64,000 nt of DNA from Gammaproteobacteria bacterium. Lineage in GTDB: Bacteria; Pseudomonadota; Gammaproteobacteria; Pseudomonadales; Azotimanducaceae. Position 1 is the first letter of the stretch. Every line of letters begins with the position of its first letter. The translations under genes were made by a program, and so were the position numbers. Location: positions 3,672 to 67,671 of the forward strand of contig CAUZON010000014.1 of assembly GCA_963581445.1 (NCBI GenBank), given 5' to 3'. Shown piece by piece: positions 55,649 to 64,000 of this stretch. The notes under the pieces were generated by a model that saw only the letters and a program-made list of their open reading frames with translations, did no database searches and was not told the DNA's origin.

Positions 55649-56803
55649 TTAAAACAGGCTGTCGAAGTCTCTGCGCTCGTTACTACCGCGGCAGCTTTGA
55701 ATACATTTAGCCAGTATCGGAATACCGGCGCTGATTTGTTCGAATGTCAGATGGCCAAAAGCCAATCGTAAATAAGCCACGTCTTTGCGTTGGTAGTGGA
55801 ATGACTGGCCGGGCAGAAAATTAAGGCCTTCGCCCAATGCCATGTCGCGCAGCGCTTTTCTGTCTACGTCTTCAGGTATGCGTACCCAAATAAACAGTCC
55901 GCCAACGGGTTCAGACCAAACACAGATATCGCTTAACTCGCTTTCCAGACCGGCAATGGTCAGATCGCGCTTTTCTTTGAGTACAGGATTGGTGGCTTTG
56001 GCGTGGGCTTGAATACCTCCTTTATAGAACTCTGCCGCGATGGCGGCAGCCAAATAGTTACTGCCAGCGTCGTGCCTGCGCGCCATGATTTTTTCTAACA
56101 TGGGAGGGCGTGCGTAGATGTAACCTAGTCTCAGTCCCGGGGCGAGAATTTTTGATAAAGAGCAAAGATAAATCTGATTTGGGTCGTCATCCAGCGCGTA
56201 AAACGCAGGTTCTAGTGGGCCATCGTAGTGCACGTCCGCGTAGCAATTGTCTTCAACAATGGGCACGTTGTAGTGCTTGGCCAGATCTATAATTTGTAGG
56301 CGTCGGGCCTTGGGCATAACAAAGCCCGTGGGGTTTTGGTAGGTGCTGATGGTGTAAATAAACTTAGGCAGGCGCTTTTCTTTAGCTAGCCGAGACAGCG
56401 CTGCTTCTACAGCGTCTGGACACATGCCGCCCTCATCTAAGGGAATGCCCACCATGTCGTACTTCAGGCTGCGGTAAGCACTGAGGGTACCCGGGTAGCA
56501 GTACTCTTCTACCAATACAGTATCACCTGGATTGTCTTGCAGCGCCTCGGCTGTGAGCGTGACGCCCTGCATGGATCCGTTGGTGAGCAGTAGGTGGTTG
56601 GGGTCAATGGTTAAACCCTCGCGATCAGCTTCGCGTTGAGCCATGGCGATCCGCATGCCTTCGTGGCCTAAATTGCCCGGGTATTGGGTCAACGCCTCCG
56701 CTTGTTCTTCAATGACTTTGGTTGCAGCGGCTTGCAGCGCCGCTACTGGGAATGTGGCCGGGTCAGAGCGTCCGCTGCCGAAATCGTATTTTATTTTAGA
56801 CAT
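55649..56803 (-). CDS. PLP-dependent aminotransferase (class I/II)
   Basis: Fold-type I pattern (TNGSMQG, YQNPTG, SLSKILAPGLRLGY with the PLP Lys). ATG 56803 overlaps the upstream stop (ATGTCTAA). ATG 56821 is an alternative start. Confidence 0.85.
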   Translation of the reverse strand: MSKIKYDFGSGRSDPATFPVAALQAAATKVIEEQAEALTQYPGNLGHEGMRIAMAQREADREGLTIDPNHLLLTNGSMQGVTLTAEALQDNPGDTVLVEEYCYPGTLSAYRSLKYDMVGIPLDEGGMCPDAVEAALSRLAKEKRLPKFIYTISTYQNPTGFVMPKARRLQIIDLAKHYNVPIVEDNCYADVHYDGPLEPAFYALDDDPNQIYLCSLSKILAPGLRLGYIYARPPMLEKIMARRHDAGSNYLAAAIAAEFYKGGIQAHAKATNPVLKEKRDLTIAGLESELSDICVWSEPVGGLFIWVRIPEDVDRKALRDMALGEGLNFLPGQSFHYQRKDVAYLRLAFGHLTFEQISAGIPILAKCIQSCRGSNERRDFDSLF

Positions 56804-57566
56804 TGCCTTCAGCCAATCCATTTTCAGTTAAGTATTTGTAGCTGCGTGCTATAGCGGTGAGCATGTCTGTGGCGCAAGCATCGAGTTCCACCACTGCCCA
56901 TTCAAAAACCTCTGGATCTGCTGCGGCGAATACTTTGGCAATATCCATTGCACCAGAACCCACAGCCACGTGGGGCATATCGGGTTTCAGCGGGCCATCT
57001 TTGATGTGCATCAACGGCGTACGCGCTTTAATGCGGGTTAATTCTGCTGCGGGGTCATTGTTGCCAAAGTTAGCTGCCCAGTAGGTGTCTAGCTCAAAAG
57101 TCAGTTCGGGAATGGCGTCCTGTAAATAGTGATAGCCGGGGCGCCCCTGAATTTCGTTGAACTCCCAATAGTGGTTATGCAGGAACAACGTCAGATCATA
57201 GGGTTTGAGCTGGTCGACAAAAGCTTGGGTGGTCTCAATCGTGCGATTGACCGCGTTCATATCTTTGAAGTCATCTGGACCATAGCCACCGGGCACGCGG
57301 TTGAGTCCCAGTTCTTTAACAATGTCTGCTACTCGGCCGATGTCAGGGTTGCGATTGACCCAAGGGAAATGAGTGGAAGAAACTGTCATGCCCAGGTCTT
57401 CGACCTGCTTTTTAAACTCGGTCGGGGTTTTGCCAAAGAGGTGAAAGGGTTCTACGCCCTTAAAACCAAGCCGCGCGATAATATCTAGCACTTGATCAAA
57501 GTTCTCGGCGGAGGCCTCTCTGACACTGTAAAGCTGTACCGAAATAGGTACTATTTTTGCACTCAT
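56796..57566 (-). CDS. sugar phosphate isomerase/epimerase (xylose-isomerase-like TIM barrel)
   Basis: MSAKIVPISVQLYSVRE start with GGGAGAA RBS, and an AP-endonuclease-2/TIM-barrel pattern (FLHNHYWEF, MHIKD). The 72-codon upstream track extension was rejected. Confidence 0.82.
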   Translation of the reverse strand: MSAKIVPISVQLYSVREASAENFDQVLDIIARLGFKGVEPFHLFGKTPTEFKKQVEDLGMTVSSTHFPWVNRNPDIGRVADIVKELGLNRVPGGYGPDDFKDMNAVNRTIETTQAFVDQLKPYDLTLFLHNHYWEFNEIQGRPGYHYLQDAIPELTFELDTYWAANFGNNDPAAELTRIKARTPLMHIKDGPLKPDMPHVAVGSGAMDIAKVFAAADPEVFEWAVVELDACATDMLTAIARSYKYLTENGLAEGNV

Positions 57567-57669
57567 AAGTTTCTCCCGATACCGTATCCTAACCTGTACT
57601 TTATAATCTGACACCCAGAAAGAAAAAGAGGCCAAAACAATTAAATCGAGAAAATTAAAGTTTGGTTTA

Positions 57670-58773
57670 GTGGGCGGCGGCATTGGCTCCTTTATTGGCC
57701 CAGTCCATCGTATGGCTGCGGAAATGGATGGGTTGGCCACGTTAGTTTGTGGCGCGTTTTCATCTAGTGCCCAGCGTTCCATAACGTCTGGTGAAACAAT
57801 CTATCGATTACCAGCAGATAGGTCTTATGGGTCATATGAGCAGATGTTTATAGCGGAGCAACACTTGCCGCAAGACCAACGCATGGACTTTGTGGTTATT
57901 GCCACTCCCAATCATTTGCATTACCCCGTTGCCATGGCGGCACTGGAGGCTGGGTTTCATGTGGTCTGTGATAAACCTGTGGCCTTTGACGTTGACCAAG
58001 CCTTGGCGCTGCAAAGCAAAGTGGGTGAGAGCGGTCTGCATTTCGCGCTGACTCATAATTACACCGGTTACCCAATGATTCGGCAAGCCCGGGGGCTCAT
58101 TCAAGAAGGTAAGTTAGGGACCATTCGACGGGTAAACTGCGAATATATGCAAGGGTGGCTGGCCCAGCCAATGCCGGACAATAAGCAAGCGAAATGGCGT
58201 ACTGACCCTAGCCGCGCTGGTGCCGCCGGTTGTTTTGGCGACATAGGTAGCCATGGTGAAAACCTGATGAGTTACGTTACCGGTCTTGAGATTGAAGCCC
58301 TCTGCGCTGACACCACAACCTTTGTCCCCGGCAGACAGCTAGAAGACGATGGCAATGTATTGTTACGCTTTGCTGGTGGGGCCAAGGGCATACTTAGCGT
58401 GAGTCAAATTGCGCTAGGCAAAGAGAATGATTTAACGCTTCAAGTATTTGGTGACAGAGCTAGCATTGAGTGGCGTCAAGATGACGCCAATTCATTGATC
58501 GTTAGATATGCAGACGCCCCCATGCAAGTTTTCCGTTCGGGTTGGCCGGGCGCTGGTCTTCATTCCACCGCTGCCACGCGACTGCCGCCGGGACATCCAG
58601 AAGGTTATCTGGAAGCTTTTGCCGAAGTGTATAGAAATTTTTGCAACCACTTACTGGGTGTTGTGGACGTTGCCGACTACCCCGGTATCTCTGAGGGGGT
58701 GCGCGGTATGCGGTTTATTCAAAGCGTCGTTGCCAGCGCTGAGCAGGGCGCGCAGTGGGTAAGTTTGGACTAG
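57670..58773 (+). CDS. Gfo/Idh/MocA-family NAD(P)-dependent oxidoreductase
   Basis: Rossmann [20 protein letters not shown] and CDKP motifs. The conserved beta-1 strand (KFGLV) lies upstream of the first GTG, so the true start is probably further upstream; the only candidate is ATT 57640. Confidence 0.85.
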   Translation: MGGGIGSFIGPVHRMAAEMDGLATLVCGAFSSSAQRSITSGETIYRLPADRSYGSYEQMFIAEQHLPQDQRMDFVVIATPNHLHYPVAMAALEAGFHVVCDKPVAFDVDQALALQSKVGESGLHFALTHNYTGYPMIRQARGLIQEGKLGTIRRVNCEYMQGWLAQPMPDNKQAKWRTDPSRAGAAGCFGDIGSHGENLMSYVTGLEIEALCADTTTFVPGRQLEDDGNVLLRFAGGAKGILSVSQIALGKENDLTLQVFGDRASIEWRQDDANSLIVRYADAPMQVFRSGWPGAGLHSTAATRLPPGHPEGYLEAFAEVYRNFCNHLLGVVDVADYPGISEGVRGMRFIQSVVASAEQGAQWVSLD

Positions 58774-58900
58774 GTTTAGTCGAGCGCCTATTTGCTAGAA
58801 AATTTGTTAACAAATTAGATAAATGCGGCTGGCCAGTACGGGCCGTACAAATCACCAGTGCAGGTTGCCAATGCAGATGACAAATATAGGGATTGGATAA

Positions 58901-59959
58901 ATGAAAACTCTTAAAGGCCCGGGCATTTTCTTAGCCCAGTTTATGGCGGATGACGCGCCCTTCAACTCAATTGATGCAATGGCTGCATGGGCAGCAAGTT
59001 TAGGTTTTGTCGGTGTGCAGGTGCCTACCGGCAACACTAACTTTATTGATGTGGCATTAGCCGCCGAAAGCCAAACTTATTGCGATGAGTTGGTGGGGCG
59101 GGTCGCGGCCCACGGCATACAAATTACAGAACTTTCAACTCACTTAGAGGGTCAATTGGTTGCAGTGCATCCAGCGTATGATGACATGTTTGATGGGTTT
59201 GCCGCGCCTGCGGTGAGGGGTAACCCAGAGAAGCGTCGTCACTGGGCGGTAGAACAGGTAAAGTTGGCGGCGCGCGCGAGTCGCCGGTTGGGGCTTACCG
59301 AGCACGCGACTTTCTCTGGCTCATTGCTTTGGCCTTATATGTACCCGTGGGCACCGCGGCCTGCGGGCTTAGTTGAAGAGGGCTTTGCAGAGTTGGCTAA
59401 ACGTTGGCTGCCTATCTTGAATGTCTACGCCGACGAGGGCGTTAACGTTTGCTATGAAATTCACCCTGGTGAAGATTTACACGACGGCATTACTTTTGAA
59501 CGCTTTCTTGATGCGGTAGATCAGCATGCGAGCGCCAATATTCTTTATGACCCAAGCCACTTAGCCCTGCAGCAAATGGACTACCTCAGTTTTATTGATC
59601 ATTACCATGAGCGCATCAAAATGTTTCATGTTAAAGATGCTGAGCTTAAGCCCGATGGTAAGAGCGGTGTTTATGGTGGGTTCCAGGATTGGCTGCAAAG
59701 ACCGGGTCGTTTTCGTTCATTAGGAGATGGGCAAATCGACTTTAAAGGAATATTTTCAAAGTTTGCGGGTCACGACTTTGACGGTTGGGCGGTGTTGGAG
59801 TGGGAGTGTTGCCTCAAGCATCAGGAAGTGGGCGCTCGGGAAGGGGCGGAGTTTATTCGCCAACATATTATACCTGTGGCGGATAAAGCCTTTGACAACT
59901 TCGCCGCAGGTGAATTGGATGAGAAAATCAATCGACGAATATTGGGCTTAGATAACTGA
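58901..59959 (+). CDS. sugar phosphate isomerase/epimerase family (TIM barrel) protein
   Basis: 352 aa with CYEIHPGEDL, LYDPSHL, FHVKDA and VLEWEC motifs of the xylose-isomerase-like fold. Confidence 0.82.
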   Translation: MKTLKGPGIFLAQFMADDAPFNSIDAMAAWAASLGFVGVQVPTGNTNFIDVALAAESQTYCDELVGRVAAHGIQITELSTHLEGQLVAVHPAYDDMFDGFAAPAVRGNPEKRRHWAVEQVKLAARASRRLGLTEHATFSGSLLWPYMYPWAPRPAGLVEEGFAELAKRWLPILNVYADEGVNVCYEIHPGEDLHDGITFERFLDAVDQHASANILYDPSHLALQQMDYLSFIDHYHERIKMFHVKDAELKPDGKSGVYGGFQDWLQRPGRFRSLGDGQIDFKGIFSKFAGHDFDGWAVLEWECCLKHQEVGAREGAEFIRQHIIPVADKAFDNFAAGELDEKINRRILGLDN

Positions 59960-60019
59960 TTAACTAACAACGAGATTGTGGGTAGAACAAGACTGGATTT
60001 TTTAGTGAGGGAGGGCGCT

Positions 60020-60898
60020 ATGCAAGATATTTTAAACCGACCAGCCAAAACACTGAGCCAAGCCCACCGGCGAGGTTATTTTCGCGATGGCTTTATTGGG
60101 GTTGAACGTTTGGTGAGTCAAGAGTGGCTGGACAAACTCAATACCGTGACCAATGAATTTGTTGAAATAAGCCGCAATTTGCAGGGTAAGGACAGACGTT
60201 TCGATTTAGAGCCCGACCACAGTCCCATCATACCGCGCATTCGCCGACTCAACTCGCCGGTCGACTACCATGAAACGTTTTGGGAATTTGCTAGTCAAGG
60301 TCCGTTTGTAGATGTTGCCGAAGATCTACTAGGGGCTGACGTCAAATTTCACCACTCAAAGCTGAACTTTAAATGGGGAGGTGGTGGTGAAGAGATTAAG
60401 TGGCATCAAGATATTCAGTTTTGGCCGCACACCAATTATCAAGTATTGACCATTGGCGTTTACCTCGATGATGTAACAGATGACATGGCACCTATGGGGG
60501 TTATTCCCGGAAGTCATGATGGCCCTCTTTATGATTTGTACGACGAGTCTCGCCAATGGACAGGTAACATTGCCGATAAGGACATCCCCCAACTCAACGC
60601 GGATAGCGCAGAGTATTTGGGTGGGCCTGCCGGTTCTGTAACAGTACATAACTGTCGCAGTGTTCATGGCTCGCCACCAAACCTGAGTCCAACGCCCAGA
60701 CCTCTATTTTTGTGTGCTTACTCAGCCGCCCATGCCATTCCCATTACTAACCTAACAGCAGCTGCCAAATACTCCGAGGTAATTGTGCGTGGTCAACCTG
60801 CGCGTTGGGCGAAGTTCGATCCCAGGCCCGCGCTTTTGCCACCAGATTGGTCAAAGACCGGCCATAAGTCGATCTTTGAGCACCAGCAAGGCAAATAG
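60020..60898 (+). CDS. phytanoyl-CoA dioxygenase (PhyH) family Fe(II)/2-oxoglutarate oxygenase
   Basis: WHQDIQFWP (the HxD facial triad) and a later VHNCRSVHGSPPN. Start at ATG 60020 with GGAGGG RBS. Confidence 0.85.
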   Translation: MQDILNRPAKTLSQAHRRGYFRDGFIGVERLVSQEWLDKLNTVTNEFVEISRNLQGKDRRFDLEPDHSPIIPRIRRLNSPVDYHETFWEFASQGPFVDVAEDLLGADVKFHHSKLNFKWGGGGEEIKWHQDIQFWPHTNYQVLTIGVYLDDVTDDMAPMGVIPGSHDGPLYDLYDESRQWTGNIADKDIPQLNADSAEYLGGPAGSVTVHNCRSVHGSPPNLSPTPRPLFLCAYSAAHAIPITNLTAAAKYSEVIVRGQPARWAKFDPRPALLPPDWSKTGHKSIFEHQQGK

Positions 60899-61273
60899 TC
60901 TTAGGATTGCAGTGAGTTGTCTTTGTACAGCCGGTGGGCTGGGCCGACATTTCCACTGAATATTGTTGGTTACGCTACAAGACGTCGGAAATTTCTACCG
61001 CTTATCAAAAAGCAAGTGTGTTGCTGCGATAATTTATACCGTGCAGATTCGGAAGAAGCCAGTTCCCCTCCAAGGTAGTTCCTGGCGTGTAATAGGCGGC
61101 CTAGGTATAAGTGTGAGGCTCAACCCTGTTTGTGCTTAGGCATTGTCTGGTTGGGATACTTTGCCGTTTATGGCAGTTTTTCTTACTGTTAATCTTTTCG
61201 GTTGAAGTTCGTTGGGATGGATATCAGCGTAAGTTCTCGCTATGGTTCTGACAGCTTTTTACCGGAGAGGGCA

Positions 61274-62749
61274 ATGTTTAAGCCAAACATCATTTTTATT
61301 TTCGCGGATCAACATCGCCATGATGCACTGGGGTGCGCGGGCAATGAAGTGATTCAAACACCCAATTTAGATCGGCTTGCGGGTGAGGGCGTGCGCTTTG
61401 CCAACACCTGGTGTCAGTCGCCTATTTGTCAGCCGTCTCGTGCGTCTATGATCAGCAGCGCATATCCAAACGAATTGGGTGTTATGCGGAATTTTGGCCG
61501 CGACCTTGATAGCAATACCCCCACGTTTATGCAGCACTTACAAAGCGCAGGCTATCGTACTGCCAATGTGGGTAAAACCCATTACTACTCTGAAGGTTTG
61601 GTAGAGCCAGATAAAGACGATGGCGATATGCGCCAATTTGATGCCCAAGTGAAGGCCTTTGGCTTTGACCATAACGTGGAAGAGTTCGACCGCTATGTGC
61701 ACGCTATGGAAGGGGTCACCACGCCTTATACCGAATATTTAAAACGCGAAGGGGTGTTTGAGCCTTACAGTGATCTGATTAAATCCATATGGCGTTTAAC
61801 GCCTCAGCATTGGGATGGTGTGACCAGTCCAATAAGTAAGGAGCAGGATTTAACCAGCTTTTTGACTAGGGAAGCCCAGCAATGGATTGCCACGCAAAAA
61901 GAGGATCAGCCTTTCTTTCTGCAACTCTCTTACGTTCAACCTCACGTGCCGTTAATGGGTGACCCGCAATGGGCGGAATATTATGCCCAAGCACCGATCA
62001 CTCGCGGGGCAGCTCTTGTGCAGCAGTCACACCCGGAGGTTTGGCAAAACTATTTAACTTGGTGCGATCACCATGCTAACGGTAAGTTGCTCACCGATGA
62101 ATATGTGTTAGCTGGCGCACGTCAGTATTATGCAATGATTTCTCTTGTTGATGAGAGTATTGGCAAGATTTTGGCGCAACTTGAAGGCCAGAATATGTTG
62201 GACAACACAATGATCGTGTACAGCTCGGATCATGGCGAAATGCTGGGTGATCATAGGTTAATGGCCAAATTTAGCTTTTACCGTAGCTCGGTGCAGATTC
62301 CACTCATTGTTAGACCCGCTGGGGGTTGTGCGGGCAAGGTGTCAGAGGCGCTGGTTGAGCTGGTAGATGTCGGCCCTACACTGTTAGACGCTGCCGGCGT
62401 TGCAGGTCTAGAAGACACTCAAGGGCGCTCGGTGCTGCCGCTGATGCGTGAGGGCGATGATGTTAAGGGCGATGCTCAGAACGGTGGGCGAGAATATTTG
62501 TTCAGCGAAATTATGCAGCAAACCAGAAGTAAAGATGGCCCCACATTTCGCGCTATTCGTAATGGTCGTTATCGTATGACGATAGAAACTAAAACACGAA
62601 CCCCCTGTGAATTCTTTGACTTGCAGGAAGACCCTAACGAGCTAAATAATTTGGTTGCGGGAGCGGGCGCTGATCTAGCAAAGCATGCTGACACAATGGC
62701 TGCCATGGTGGTCGCAATTGATCGCCGAATCAGAAACTCTATGGACTAG
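61274..62749 (+). CDS. formylglycine-dependent sulfatase
   Basis: NIIFIFADQHRHD, the CQPSRASMISS (C-x-P-x-R FGly motif), GKTHY and SDHGEMLGDH. Start at ATG 61274 with GGAGAGGG RBS. Confidence 0.9.
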   Translation: MFKPNIIFIFADQHRHDALGCAGNEVIQTPNLDRLAGEGVRFANTWCQSPICQPSRASMISSAYPNELGVMRNFGRDLDSNTPTFMQHLQSAGYRTANVGKTHYYSEGLVEPDKDDGDMRQFDAQVKAFGFDHNVEEFDRYVHAMEGVTTPYTEYLKREGVFEPYSDLIKSIWRLTPQHWDGVTSPISKEQDLTSFLTREAQQWIATQKEDQPFFLQLSYVQPHVPLMGDPQWAEYYAQAPITRGAALVQQSHPEVWQNYLTWCDHHANGKLLTDEYVLAGARQYYAMISLVDESIGKILAQLEGQNMLDNTMIVYSSDHGEMLGDHRLMAKFSFYRSSVQIPLIVRPAGGCAGKVSEALVELVDVGPTLLDAAGVAGLEDTQGRSVLPLMREGDDVKGDAQNGGREYLFSEIMQQTRSKDGPTFRAIRNGRYRMTIETKTRTPCEFFDLQEDPNELNNLVAGAGADLAKHADTMAAMVVAIDRRIRNSMD

Positions 62750-62910
62750 TCTCTGCTCGCTTAGCCTTGTAGAGACTGCTCTAGTCTAGAAACGGTAAGG
62801 CCAATACGAACGAGGACGCTAACGCAAATATTCTGGCGTAACGGTGAACGGTGAACGGTCAGCGTAACGAGAAACCGGTTTATTTGGCCGTGAAGTGGCT
62901 GTTAAAGAGG

Positions 62911-64000
62911 TTAGCTTGATCTGTTGTTAGCCACAGTCTTGGCTGGCGCAGGATTTCTAATCAATTGTGCCGATGGCGTTTTGCGCTCGTACTTCTCAGC
63001 AGGCGTGTTAACAATCTCCAACAATTCTCGTTGCTTGTCACCCGCCTTAATACGCTCGGCGCTCACGCTGCCATAGACGGTGGAGCGTTGCTGCGGATCG
63101 CGATTCAGATTGCGCACGATGGTCTGCATCTGTCGGGGCGAGGTTTCTTGGCCATGCTGAGTGCCAGCGGCGCGGCTGATAGATTCGTTCATCAGGGTGC
63201 CGCCTAGGTCGTTACAACCTGCATTGAGGCAAGCCTCTATACCCTTATGGCCCATCTTTACCCAGCTCGCCTGAATGTTATCTATTTGGCCATGCAGTGC
63301 TAAACGTGCAACCGAGTGCAACAGAACAGCTTCGCGGAACGTTGGTCCTTTGCGCGCTTTGCCCTTCAGGTACATTGGCGCTTCCATATGAATGAACGGC
63401 AGCGGCACAAATTCGGTGAATCCACCGGTTTTTGCTTGTAGCGCGCGCACCCGCAAAAGATGCCGTGCAAGGTGCTCGTGCTTTTCAACATGGCCATACA
63501 TTACGGTGGCGGTCGTTTTGAAGCCCACTTCGTGAGCCGCTTCCATGACATCTAACCATTGCTGGGTATTGATCTTATCAGCGCAAATCACCGCGCGAAC
63601 TTCGTCGTCGAGAATTTCCGCTGCTGTGCCGGGTAGCGTACTGAGCCCGGCATCCTTGAGTTGGGTTAGGTAGGTTTTAAGATCCATCTCAAGGGTCGCG
63701 GCACCCTGCCAAACCTCTAGCGGTGAGAACGCATGTATGTGCATTTCTGGCGCCGCAGCTTTGACGGTTTTAATGATATGGGTGTAGGTATCGCCAGTGT
63801 ACTCCGGGTGTATGCCGCCTTGCATGCACACCTCGGTCGCGCCTCTGTCCCAAGCTTCGACCGTGCGGCGCGTAATTTCTTCGTCGGAGAGGTCATAAGG
63901 TCTACCTCTCAGATTCTCTGACAACTTACCCTTTGAGAACGCGCAGAACTGGCATTTGAAATAACAAATATTGGTGTAATTGATATTACGGTTAACAACA
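62911..64000 (-). CDS. radical-SAM FO synthase, CofH-type domain (CofH/FbiC family), 5' end outside the window
   Basis: Reading on from the track ORF gives NINYTNICYFKCQFCAF (CxxxCxxC). CMQGGIHPE, TVMYGHVE, GFTEFVPLPF and NIQASWVKMG are CofH-like rather than MqnC/E-like. Confidence 0.7.
   Translation of the reverse strand, partial: VVNRNINYTNICYFKCQFCAFSKGKLSENLRGRPYDLSDEEITRRTVEAWDRGATEVCMQGGIHPEYTGDTYTHIIKTVKAAAPEMHIHAFSPLEVWQGAATLEMDLKTYLTQLKDAGLSTLPGTAAEILDDEVRAVICADKINTQQWLDVMEAAHEVGFKTTATVMYGHVEKHEHLARHLLRVRALQAKTGGFTEFVPLPFIHMEAPMYLKGKARKGPTFREAVLLHSVARLALHGQIDNIQASWVKMGHKGIEACLNAGCNDLGGTLMNESISRAAGTQHGQETSPRQMQTIVRNLNRDPQQRSTVYGSVSAERIKAGDKQRELLEIVNTPAEKYERKTPSAQLIRNPAPAKTVANNRSS

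Noticed and set aside
57567-57782. 72-codon N-terminal extension of the TIM-barrel track ORF 56796..57782
   Set aside because: The extension crosses the divergent promoter region and overlaps the oxidoreductase gene. A good RBS (GGGAGAA) precedes ATG 57566, where the family-typical N-terminus starts.

Overview
This is a gene-dense 64-kb chromosomal segment with about 60 protein genes. The gene content suggests a marine Gammaproteobacterium, but that is an inference I cannot verify here. All family names come from motif recognition by eye, because no database search was possible. I found no rRNA or tRNA genes, CRISPR arrays, transposases, integrases, prophage genes or recognisable defence genes. 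The window is mostly lipid/CoA metabolism, amide hydrolysis, redox/glutathione functions and transport. I did not find a clear, wholly new multi-gene system. The best hidden signals follow. (1) Two thiol peroxidase-type genes are truncated in the ORF track because an in-frame TGA sits exactly at the catalytic Cys position. They are a glutathione peroxidase at 1000..1479 and a UxxC peroxiredoxin-like protein at 55049..55534. Each has a hairpin just 3' of the TGA, so both are probably selenoproteins. (2) A mevalonate-pathway operon at 43794..47924 has HMG-CoA reductase and mevalonate kinase fused into one 750-aa protein. (3) A 775-aa protein consists of two tandem family III CoA-transferase modules. 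(4) Three tightly coupled gene sets have no known substrate: a BCCT transporter/amidase divergon, a COG0523 GTPase coupled to an amidohydrolase, and a Gfo-Idh-MocA/TIM-barrel/PhyH/sulfatase cluster. (5) There are signs of gene decay or homopolymer sequencing error: a frameshifted ThDP enzyme and Na+/H+ antiporter, a DUF547 gene with two in-frame TAA codons, and a porin C-terminal remnant. (6) Several unexplained non-coding elements are present: an octanucleotide tandem repeat, an orphan terminator flanked by ACAAA-N-TTTGT palindromes, and a 55-nt perfect palindrome.
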